Below are positions 46,780 through 55,900 of a DNA stretch of 64,000 bases, in pieces. The DNA comes from an uncultured bacterium (GTDB taxonomy: Bacteria; Planctomycetota; SZUA-567; JAKLDR01): NCBI GenBank assembly GCA_965370045.1, contig CBDUSI010000001.1, positions 18,691-82,690 of the forward strand. The letters are read 5' to 3'. The notes under the pieces were generated by a model. The model did not search any database and was not told the DNA's origin. It worked only from the letters and a program-made list of their open reading frames with translations. Position numbers and translations under genes: made by a program. Each line of letters opens with the position of its first letter. Positions within the stretch are counted from its first letter, which is position 1.

Positions 46780-48315
46780 CTACTTGCCGATCACCTTGAT
46801 CTCGAAAAGCCTGGGCCAGAGCTTGCCGGTCACGAACAGCCGGTCGGCCTTGGGGTCGTGGGCGATGCCGTTGAGCACGTTGGGCCGGTGGCCGCGCCGG
46901 TCCTCGGGTTTCAGGAGCCCCTTCAAGTCTATCCAGCCGGTCACCTTGCCCGTGTCAGGGGCAATGATGGCGATACGGTTCGTCCGGTAGATGTTGGCGT
47001 AGACCTTGCCCTTGACGTACTCGAGTTCGTTGATCTTACTCACGGGTCTGCCCGCGTCACTCACCTCGACCGAGCCCGTCTCCTTGAACGTTGCCGGATC
47101 CAGGAAGCGCAGCGTGGCGCTGCCGTCGCTCATGATCAGACGCTTGCCGTCGTGGGTGATGCCCCAGCCCTCCGTCGGGTACTTGAACTCCTGCAGCTGC
47201 TTGAAGCTCTTCTTGTCGTAGATGAAGCCCTTCCTGGCTTTCCAGGTCAGCTGGATGATCTTGTCCTTGAAAATGGTAATGCCCTCGCCGAAGTACTTCT
47301 TGTCCAGCTTGTGTTCCTTCAGCACTTTTCCGGTCTTGAGCTCCACCTTGCGCAGGGCGGTGCGCCCGCGTAGCCCGGTCCCTTCGTAGAGCGCGCCGTC
47401 CTCGAAGACCAGGCCCTGGCACCAGGCCTTGGGGTCATGGGGATAGGCCTTGACCAGCTTGTAGCCGTAGACTTCGGCCTCCTTGGCCGGGGCCTCGGGC
47501 TCACCGGGCACCGGCACCTGGTACTCGTAGATGAACCGGGCCTTCTTGCCGGTCACGTACATGATGTCGTGATCCTTGAGCGACCGGATGGCGATGCCGT
47601 CTATGATCCCGCTCCTGAGGTCCCCGGGCCCGGCGAAGGTCCGGATGATCTTCCCGCTCTTGGGGTCGATGCGGTAGAGGCGGCCCCGGTACCTGGGAGT
47701 GTAGCTGGACGCCCAGATCGTTCCGTAGCGGTCCATGCCCAGGTCTTCGATTCCCACCAGGCCATGGACTTTCAGCTTCCTGGTCGTCTTGCCCGTGGCC
47801 GGGTCGTACCACAAGAGGTGATCGTCCAGCTTGTTGCCCTCCGCGGTGTAGATAATCGCGGTCTCGCTGCCCGGCTTGAGGGAATTGCCGTCGCGACAGG
47901 TTCCCCAGTTGGTTATGCCCAGGCCGTGCCCGACCACTTCCGCCTTATAATCCTTTTCGCCCAGGGTCAGCTTGAAGAGCGCGCTGTTCTTGTCCTGCTT
48001 CGTCCGGTAGGTGAAATTGTAGAGCGCGCCCTTGTACCAGACGGCGCTCTCGGTGTGAGCCTGGTGCTTGAACTTCCAGGTGCTGAGAACCGCGAGGTTC
48101 TTGCCGGGGTCCAGTTTGGTGAGGCCGGTCTTGGTGGTGTGCCACAGGTAGCCCTTGTAGAAGTCAAGACCCTCTGACCAGGTGTCCTTGTTCGTGCCCA
48201 CGTGAGGATACTTCTTCAGGAGGCGCAGACCGGTCTTCTTCTCGCTTGGCGCCCCGGCGCGGCCCTGGTTCGCCAGCGCCGTCGCCAGCAACAGTGCCAC
48301 GAGGCAGTATCTCAT
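46780..48315 (-). CDS. secreted glutaminyl-cyclase-like (glutamine cyclotransferase family) beta-propeller protein
   Basis: Signal peptide. The C-terminal half matches bacterial/plant-type glutaminyl cyclase (YEGTGLRG..., GWGITHDGKRL, GIAHDPKADRLFVTGKLWP). The N-terminal half looks like a second degenerate propeller. Confidence 0.65.
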   Translation of the reverse strand: MRYCLVALLLATALANQGRAGAPSEKKTGLRLLKKYPHVGTNKDTWSEGLDFYKGYLWHTTKTGLTKLDPGKNLAVLSTWKFKHQAHTESAVWYKGALYNFTYRTKQDKNSALFKLTLGEKDYKAEVVGHGLGITNWGTCRDGNSLKPGSETAIIYTAEGNKLDDHLLWYDPATGKTTRKLKVHGLVGIEDLGMDRYGTIWASSYTPRYRGRLYRIDPKSGKIIRTFAGPGDLRSGIIDGIAIRSLKDHDIMYVTGKKARFIYEYQVPVPGEPEAPAKEAEVYGYKLVKAYPHDPKAWCQGLVFEDGALYEGTGLRGRTALRKVELKTGKVLKEHKLDKKYFGEGITIFKDKIIQLTWKARKGFIYDKKSFKQLQEFKYPTEGWGITHDGKRLIMSDGSATLRFLDPATFKETGSVEVSDAGRPVSKINELEYVKGKVYANIYRTNRIAIIAPDTGKVTGWIDLKGLLKPEDRRGHRPNVLNGIAHDPKADRLFVTGKLWPRLFEIKVIGK

Positions 48316-48329
48316 GTCCAGCTCTCCCG

Positions 48330-50162
48330 CTATCGGGAATCTCCGGATCGCGTCTGGCGAGCCCCGGATACCTTGAGCACCCCGTCGACGAACCGGCCGG
48401 CGGCCTCGCGCACGTCCGCGGGGAGCTCGCGACCGTCATCCGGAGGCATCGCCAGGATGCGCTCTGCGGCACTGGTGCCGAGAAGCTCGTAGACGGGCCT
48501 CGCCGCCCGGACGCACTTGGGCACCCCCTGGAAGCCGAATGCTCCGCCTGCGGTGGGTGCGCTGAGGAAGAGATGCCGCGGGGCAATGGCACCGATGACT
48601 TCAGGGAAGTCGAATGGTATCTTCTGGGCATTCATCTCATAGACCGTCTTGATGCGAGGCATGTACCGGGCCCCGCTCCAGGCCCCCCGCGGCGCGCCCG
48701 TGGAGAAGGAGTCAAACCCGGCAATCGACACAATCACCTTGATCCTGGTGTCAAACGCGGCCAGGAACAGCGCGTTGTGCCCCCCGAGACCGTGCCCGAT
48801 AACGCCGATGCGCCCCGGATCGACCTCGGGGAGGGAGGTCAATAGATCCACGGCCCGCATGTGGTTCCAGATTCCCTTCATCGTCGCGCTGGCGTAGCCG
48901 AGCTCGTAGACTCGGGAGACCTTGGTCCATCCGTTGGCCTCGCTGGTGCCGTAGCCGGGGTAGTCGGGGGCCAGCACCACGTAGCCGCGCCGGGCCAACT
49001 CGGCGGCCATAAGGGCCTCCCGCTGCCCTCCCTTGTAGTTCTGCCTGTGCAGCCACAGCATTGCGGGCGCCAGACCCTTGAGTTTCGTGGGCATGTGAAG
49101 ATAGGCCTGAACGCGGTCGCCCTTCTCTGCGGCGAAGGTGATAGTCTTCTCGGTGACCCCCTCGCCCTCGCTGGTCTTGAGCACCCGCACATCGAGAGGG
49201 ACTTTCCTGTCTTCTCCGGGCAGCTTGCCCATCACCAGTTGCATGTTGGCAAGAATATGCTCCCGGCGCTTCTCCCAGTCCTGAGGGGTCTTCACCGGGT
49301 GCCTGCGCCCCTCGGCGTCCAGGTAGTAGAGGAGGTCAAGCTTGTCCCTGTAGCGGGGGGGCGGCTGGGTCGCGGCCTCGGTGCTCGCGAAGTGCCTGAC
49401 GGCCATGGTGCCCCCGGTTCCCACCGCGGCCGCGGCGGCCAGCGCCGCGGCGGCCAGCTTGATCTTGGCCCAGAGCATGGCCTTCACGGTCCCCTCGGCC
49501 GTGGAAAGGGCCAGCGAGGGGGCCGCCGCCTTGCCCAGGCAGACCGCCTGGACGCTGGCAGCCAGACCCGCCGGTGCCAGCCCAACCGCGTGCTCACCCA
49601 GGAGCGTTACCAGGACCGGGGCCGACATCTGCAGGCCGCGACCGGACAGCTTTCTACGGAGCTTGGCCAGAGCGCCAGCGAGGCGCTTCGACACCATGAC
49701 CTGCGAACAGCCTGCCTCCCGGGCGATTTCCGTCTGGCTTTTCCCGTAGAAATAGTGGAGCACCACGCTTTCCTGCTCGCGCCGGGGCAGGGAAGCGAGC
49801 AGGGAATCGATCTGGGGGCACACGTTCTCCCAAGATGGCGTCCGACTCGATTCTCGCTCTCGCATCATCGCGGCCTCCCTTTCCCGCCGGGCGCGGCGCG
49901 CCCCCTCGCGTTTCAGCCCCAGTGCACAGTTCCTGGCCACCCAGAAGAGCCACCATCCAAGGGCGGCGTCGCGGGGAATCTGGCGGGCGCGCCGCACCAG
50001 GACGAGGAAGGCGGCCTGGGTTGCGTCCCTGGCAGCGTGGGAATCGCCGAGTATCCGCAGGCAGGTGCTGTAGACCCGGTCCGTATGACGGCTGACCAGC
50101 TGGCCGAAGGCCTCGTCCGAGCCGCTGGAAACGTATCGCGCCAGAAGGTCAGCGTCCGTCAT
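48330..50162 (-). CDS. ECF sigma factor fused to a TM segment and an alpha/beta-hydrolase (esterase-like) domain
   Basis: LLARYVSSGSDEAFGQLVSRHTDRVYS (region 2). ...QTEIAREAGCSQVMVSKRLAGALAKLRR (region 4). TM. C-terminal hydrolase with GHGLGG nucleophile elbow. ATG 50162 preferred over the TTG at 50204. Confidence 0.7.
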   Translation of the reverse strand: MTDADLLARYVSSGSDEAFGQLVSRHTDRVYSTCLRILGDSHAARDATQAAFLVLVRRARQIPRDAALGWWLFWVARNCALGLKREGARRARREREAAMMRERESSRTPSWENVCPQIDSLLASLPRREQESVVLHYFYGKSQTEIAREAGCSQVMVSKRLAGALAKLRRKLSGRGLQMSAPVLVTLLGEHAVGLAPAGLAASVQAVCLGKAAAPSLALSTAEGTVKAMLWAKIKLAAAALAAAAAVGTGGTMAVRHFASTEAATQPPPRYRDKLDLLYYLDAEGRRHPVKTPQDWEKRREHILANMQLVMGKLPGEDRKVPLDVRVLKTSEGEGVTEKTITFAAEKGDRVQAYLHMPTKLKGLAPAMLWLHRQNYKGGQREALMAAELARRGYVVLAPDYPGYGTSEANGWTKVSRVYELGYASATMKGIWNHMRAVDLLTSLPEVDPGRIGVIGHGLGGHNALFLAAFDTRIKVIVSIAGFDSFSTGAPRGAWSGARYMPRIKTVYEMNAQKIPFDFPEVIGAIAPRHLFLSAPTAGGAFGFQGVPKCVRAARPVYELLGTSAAERILAMPPDDGRELPADVREAAGRFVDGVLKVSGARQTRSGDSR

Positions 50163-50461
50163 GCTCCCATTCCCCAACGCCGCCGGAAGCCCGAGGTGCG
50201 GCAATGATCCCGGGAGGGCCGCGAGGGCGGATTCTAGCAGTGCCCCCCGGGACCCGCAATGTGCCTCCTGACATCAATTTGCCGCTCGGCAGGCCGGCCA
50301 GAACCAAATTCCGGGAAAACGCGGCGTTTCCTTGGCCTCCATGTGGATTCGTGTCTTGCAGAAACAAGCCCTGAGCGCTATCAATATATAAGCGAGGAAG
50401 CACCAGGGAAGCTTGATCCAGGGCGGCCCCGCATGGGGCCTCGGCAGGACAGGAGGAATTC

Positions 50462-52237
50462 ATGTCCGGCTTCAAGTTAAGCGCCTTCACCGAATGGTCC
50501 ACGCACGACCCCTTCGGCAAGATCAAACCAACCGACGTATCCAAGTATCCAGTCTCGATCACCAACGGCTCCGGCGCGGCCGTGCGCGCGGCCCGCGGAG
50601 GCTACGCCTCCTTCCGCCTGCTGGTCGAAGGCGCCGGCGAGTACAAGGTGCGCGCCTCTGCCGGGGGCGGGATGGAGGTGGACCTGTACAAGGCCTGGTA
50701 CCACCACCTCAAGGTCGAGGGGCAGGAGACGACCTACTGGCCGGACGCGCTGGTGCCGGTGCGCTCCCGCCAGAGCTTCCAGCTGCCCGACCCGGACAAC
50801 AACGTGCCCGGCCAGACCGCGCAGGAGTTCTGGGTGGACATCTTCGTGCCGCCCGACGCCAAGCCGGGCCGCAGGAAGGTCAAGGTGAAGCTCCTCTCCG
50901 GCGCGAGCAGCGTTGACCTGCCCGTCGATGTCGAGGTCATGGAGCCGGTCATCCCCGACGAGCCCTGCATCCAGATGGATCACAACTCCTACGGCAGCCG
51001 GGGATTCGAGACCCGCTACCCCAAGGCCTTCGCCCGCTCGCGTAAGGCCCCCAAGTACTGGCACCAGCAGATCGATATCCTGCACCACCGCTTCCGGTTG
51101 TTCCGGGAGCACCGCGTGCTCTACCACAACCTGAGCTACGGGCACTCCGGCTCCACCGACCCCATCTACCACCCGGAGGTGGTCGGCCGCGGTCGCGACA
51201 TGAAGCTGACCAACTGGGACCTCTACGACCGGCACTACGGGCCGCTGCTGGACGGCAGCGCCTTCGCCACCGCCTCCCCGGGAATGCCGCGGCCGCGCAT
51301 GCCGGTTGCACCCATCTGGGGCGTCTACACGCCCATCAACCCGGACTGGCCGGCGGACTACCTCAACTGGGGCGAACCCGGCTACGAAGTGGAGTTCACC
51401 CGCGGGTTGCGCCAGTTTGACGAGCATCTCCGTGCCAAGGGCTGGACCAAATCGCTCGTCGAGCTGTTCTTCAACCACAAGAAGCGCTACCGCTGGTACG
51501 AGTGGGATGGCGACGAGCCCAAGTACAGCAAGGACGACGCCTACCACCTGACCATGGGCAAGTTCTTTCACCAGACGATCGACGACAGCCCGGTCAACTG
51601 GCGTTACCGCATGGACGCCAGCTGGCAGCAGAAGTCCGAGTGGCAGAGCCTGGCCGGCTCCACCGACTTCTGGGTCTGCGGTCAGTTCATCCGCTGGTAT
51701 CGCCAGGAGCTTCAGGCGGTGCTGGCTCGCGGCGACGTCGTCTGGAGCTACGGCGGCCACCCGCCGATCCAGGCGGCCACCGGCGCGCAGCTGGAAAACG
51801 TCTACAAGACCTGGGTCCGTGGCATTCATGGGTTCACCCACTGGTCGAGCACCTCGCCCGGCGGCGACCCCTGGTTCAACTCCGGTGGTTCAGCCAACGG
51901 CGCCGTCTACCCGGGCGAGCGCTTCGGCATCGCCGGGCCGCTGCCCTCGATACGCCTGAAGGTCGAACGCAACGGCGTGCAGGACGTCGACCTCCTGGAC
52001 CAGGCGGCCAAGTCCGCCGGCACCCTTGAGGAACTGCGCGAGACGCTGTTGGGCAGCGTGCCCGTGAAGGAGGTCTGGGAGAAGCCCCCCCGGGCCGCCG
52101 TGGAGCTGCCGCCCGAGGACTGGGACAGCATCAACCTCAATGCCGAGCACGAGCCGATCATGGAAGGCGGCGGGGAGCAGGACCCGCAGTGGTGGCGAGA
52201 ACTGCGCAAGCGCGCGCTTGAAGGGGAGGTGCGCTGA
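50462..52237 (+). CDS. hypothetical protein (591 aa, Trp/Tyr-rich, no domain assigned)
   Basis: Complete ORF. Start overlaps nothing. Stop overlaps the start of the next gene (TGATG). Confidence 0.55.
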   Translation: MSGFKLSAFTEWSTHDPFGKIKPTDVSKYPVSITNGSGAAVRAARGGYASFRLLVEGAGEYKVRASAGGGMEVDLYKAWYHHLKVEGQETTYWPDALVPVRSRQSFQLPDPDNNVPGQTAQEFWVDIFVPPDAKPGRRKVKVKLLSGASSVDLPVDVEVMEPVIPDEPCIQMDHNSYGSRGFETRYPKAFARSRKAPKYWHQQIDILHHRFRLFREHRVLYHNLSYGHSGSTDPIYHPEVVGRGRDMKLTNWDLYDRHYGPLLDGSAFATASPGMPRPRMPVAPIWGVYTPINPDWPADYLNWGEPGYEVEFTRGLRQFDEHLRAKGWTKSLVELFFNHKKRYRWYEWDGDEPKYSKDDAYHLTMGKFFHQTIDDSPVNWRYRMDASWQQKSEWQSLAGSTDFWVCGQFIRWYRQELQAVLARGDVVWSYGGHPPIQAATGAQLENVYKTWVRGIHGFTHWSSTSPGGDPWFNSGGSANGAVYPGERFGIAGPLPSIRLKVERNGVQDVDLLDQAAKSAGTLEELRETLLGSVPVKEVWEKPPRAAVELPPEDWDSINLNAEHEPIMEGGGEQDPQWWRELRKRALEGEVR

Positions 52238-52779
52238 TGGCTGCGGAGATCAAAGGCAAGGCCGCCAAGGTGCTGGCGGGACTGAAGGAGCTGGCCCGGA
52301 TAGCCAGCGTGCTGGTTGACGGCGACGAAGCCCGGAGAATCGTCTCCGAGCGGTCCCTGAAGTACATCGCCGATCCGGAGCCCGTGAGCCGTCACATGAC
52401 CGGGGACTACTTCGACGTGGACCACGCCACCTTCCTGCGCATGAAGAAGCTGCTTCGGCGGATGGAGAGGCTGGTCGAGTTCCCCTGCTGCACGGCGCTG
52501 TGGGTGCTGGTCAAGGGCGAAGACGACCTGGCCACCCTGGCGGTCCAGAACGGCAGCTTACACCGCTACTGGCAGTGGGGATCGAGCCGGCTGGAGCTGG
52601 AAGGCGAAGTGGCCGAGTGCGCCAAGACCGGCACGGTGACCACCGCGCCGGCCGAGGCCAGCGAGCACATGCTCAGCGCCCTCGCGCCGGTGCGCGACTC
52701 GCTGGGTGACGTGGTGGCCATGGTGGAGTTCACCGCCAAGAACCCGGCGTCGAAGAAGCTGGACCCGGCCTGGAGCTGA
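52237..52779 (+). CDS. hypothetical protein (180 aa), possibly GAF-like
   Basis: Translationally coupled to the upstream gene. Followed by a strong intrinsic terminator. Confidence 0.5.
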   Translation: MAAEIKGKAAKVLAGLKELARIASVLVDGDEARRIVSERSLKYIADPEPVSRHMTGDYFDVDHATFLRMKKLLRRMERLVEFPCCTALWVLVKGEDDLATLAVQNGSLHRYWQWGSSRLELEGEVAECAKTGTVTTAPAEASEHMLSALAPVRDSLGDVVAMVEFTAKNPASKKLDPAWS

Positions 52780-52807
52780 CCGGACTCGGCAAGATTGACC
52801 GCAAGAA

Positions 52808-52840
52808 GAGCGCGCGGGCGGAATCTCGCCCGCGCGTTTC
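52808..52840 (+). terminator. rho-independent terminator: perfect 10-bp GC stem, 6-nt loop, TTTCTTGT tail
   Basis: cgcgcgggcg-gaatct-cgcccgcgcg-tttcttgt, read directly. 30 nt after the stop of the 52237..52779 gene. Confidence 0.8.
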
Positions 52841-52864
52841 TTGTGCCCTGCGTCCGGTTCCCTG

Positions 52865-52893
52865 TTGACATCCGGAGTTGCAGGAGCTAGTCT
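52865..52893 (+). promoter_or_regulatory. sigma70-like promoter: TTGACA (52865-52870), 17-nt spacer, TAGTCT (52888-52893)
   Basis: ctgTTGACAtccggagttgcaggagcTAGTCT, followed by RBS ggaggg and ATG 52950. Confidence 0.5.
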
Positions 52894-52949
52894 ACTAGAG
52901 GGGGGACCGCTCACACACCGTTTGAGGACCGGCGAGGCCGGAGGGTTCA

Positions 52950-55900
52950 TGCCGGAAGCAGATTCCCAACAGCAGATCGGGCGGCTGGCCGTCGAGCGCG
53001 GCCTGCTGAACGCATCACAGCTCCGAGAGGCGCTCCAGGAGCACCAGACGCGCCGTGCGGCCGGATCGCGCGTCCCTTTCGGCGAAGTGCTCATCGATCT
53101 GGAGATGATCACCCGCAGCCAGTTGGAGGGATTGCTGTCCGCGCAGGGCGGCAAGAAGGGCCCCCGCCAGCAAATCGAGGGCTTCGAACTCGTTAGGAAG
53201 CTGGGCGAGGGGGGCATGGGTGCGGTCTACCTGGCCCGGCAGCTCTCCATGGACCGGCTGGTGGCCCTGAAGGTGATGCGCAAGAACCTGGCCCGCAACC
53301 AGGAATTCGTGGAGCGTTTCGTGCGCGAGGCGCGGCTGGCCGGCCGGCTGGATCACGTGAACCTCGTGCACGCGCTGGAGGTGGGCGAGTCGGGCGGCTA
53401 CCACTACCTCGCCATGGAGTACGTGGAGGGCCGGAACCTCTCGGAGATGATGCCCGAAGAGGGGCCCATGGGCGAGGAACAGTCCCTGCAGTTCACCCTC
53501 CAGATAGCCCGAGCGCTGGCCTATGCCCACAAGCAGGGGATCGTTCACCGGGACGTCAAGCCGGACAACATCCTGGTGGACGGGAACGGGGTGGCCAAGC
53601 TGACCGATATGGGGCTGGCCAAGCAGACCGGCGCGGAGACCCACATCACCCAGACCGGGGTGATGATGGGCACTCCGCACTACGTCTCACCGGAGCAGGC
53701 CCGCGGCGCCAGAGACGTGGACGTCCGCTCGGACATCTACTCGCTGGGCGCGACGCTTTACCACCTGTTGACCGGGCAGACCCCGTTCTCGGGCTCCAGC
53801 GCGGCGGTGGTGATGACCAAGCACCTCAATGAGCAGGTGGCCTGGCCCGGAGACGTGAACCCTGATCTGTCCGATGGGTGCTGCCGGGTCATCGAGCGGA
53901 TGATGGCCAAGAAACCAGAGGATCGCTACGCCGGACCCGAAGAGTTGATTGACGATCTGGAGCTGGTCATCGACGGCGCCGAACCCATACACGCGAGCCT
54001 GTCCGCGGGGAAGAGTTCTGTGGGTGCGGTGGGCACGGTGCCGGTCAGGCCGGCGACCGGGAGACAGCGGGCGGTCCGGCACCGGACAACTCGCTACCGG
54101 GAGACGCGGGGCACGCACGGCACACGGGCGCTGCAACCGGTCGGCGACCGGCGAAAGCTGCATCTGCTGGCGGCGCTGGGCGCCGCCGGGCTGGTGCTCA
54201 TAGCCCTGGCGGCTTGGGTTCTGACCCGGCCGAATGGAGGCGAAGAGGAAACTCCGCCGGATGCGCTGAAGATCACCAAGCCCATTCCCGCCCCGCCTCC
54301 GTCGGCGGACCCCAAAGAGGACGAGAAACGCTTCGAGGAGATGTTCAAGTACGCCCAGACGCACTGGGAGGAGAACCCGGAGGACTACGCGGGGGCGATG
54401 GCCAAGTTCCGCGAGGTGATCGCCGCGGCCAAGCAAACGGTATGGGCCATGAAGGCGGAAGACTCCGTCAAGGCGGTGCGCCAGGCGCGGGAGAAGGCGG
54501 TCGAGGCGGCGCTCGCGGAGCTCACGGAAAAGACCGGCAAGCTGGCGGCGGGCGACGACTTCGACGGCGCGTTGGCGCTGCTCGAGAAGCCGCCGGCGAA
54601 GTTCGCGAAGCTGCTGGCCGGGAAGATAGAAGCGGAGCGCAAGGCGCTCAAAGCGCAGGCCGAGAAGAAGCTCCAGGCGGCGATCACCGCGGCGGAGAAG
54701 CACTCCAAGGACGGTAATCCGAAGAAGGGCCTGGACGAGCTGGAAAAGGTGAAGCCGGTCAAGTACGCGGCCTGGGCCGGGAAACTGTCCGTATTGGCCA
54801 AGCGCCTGAAGACGGAGCAGCAGAACACGGCGATGCTGGCCAGGAAGCGCCGGGCGGCAAAGGTCCGCAAGCTGGCGGCGGCGGCGCTGGACCGGTTCGA
54901 CGAGTTGGTGTCGGCAGGGGACTACAGGGAGGCCGCGAAGCACGTGGCCGACGAGAAGAAGAAGATCGAGAAGGACCTCTTGCCGCTGTTGGAGGGCAAG
55001 CTGGACGCAGCCGGAAAGGTGGCGGCCCATCTGGGCACGGCCAAAGCGGCGCGAGAGAAGGCGCTGGAGAAGCTCAAGGGCAAGAAGGTCGAGCTCAGGA
55101 CGCGCGCGGGCGTGTCCACCAAGGGCACGGTCGAGGCGGTCACGGCCGACGCCTTCACGGTGAAGGTGACGTTCAAGATCGGCAGGACCGTGGGCTATAC
55201 CACGCGGACGGTGAAGTTTGCCGACCTGGCAGAGGGGGAGCTTGAAAAGCTCCTGCCCAGGTACGAGCCGAAGACCGCGGACGGCCAGGTGGCGCTGGCG
55301 ATTCTGGCCTTGGGCGCCAAGGACCACGCGAAAGCGGAGAAGTCGCTGGCGGCTGCCGGAGAGCAGCCGCTGGTCACGCGTTACCGGAGAAAGCTGGAGA
55401 TCTCGCGGCTGGGCGTGCCCGAGGCGGCGGCCAAGGAGGCCTGGGAGGCGGACGTCAAGCCGCTGGCCAGGGAGAAGTACACGATTCCCGAGGCCAAGAA
55501 GCTTCTGGCGGTGCTGGGCGGGTACGCGGCCGCGCACGGGGCCACCAAGTTCGCCGCCGGCAAGAAGGCCGAGGCCGATAAGCTCCGCGGCCTGGCCGAG
55601 GCGGCCCTTGAGGCCAGCCCGGAGGGGATGACCGTCAAGCTCAAGAAGTTCTTCAAGGGCAAAGTGGTCAAGTTCAACCCCAAGACGCTGCAGATAGAGC
55701 TGTTCTACGACTTCGAGGATCCCCGGCAGCTTGGCGACTGGTGGAACGGCGGTTTGGGCGAGCGTGGCGGCAAGACCCTCCTGATTGCGGGCAAATGGCC
55801 GCTTCCCCAGACGGCCACATTCAAGCCTCCAATGCTGGCCACGCTCCTGGAGTTCGAGGCCGAGTGCGAGCCCTCCAGGGACCCCCACATCATCTGGCAC

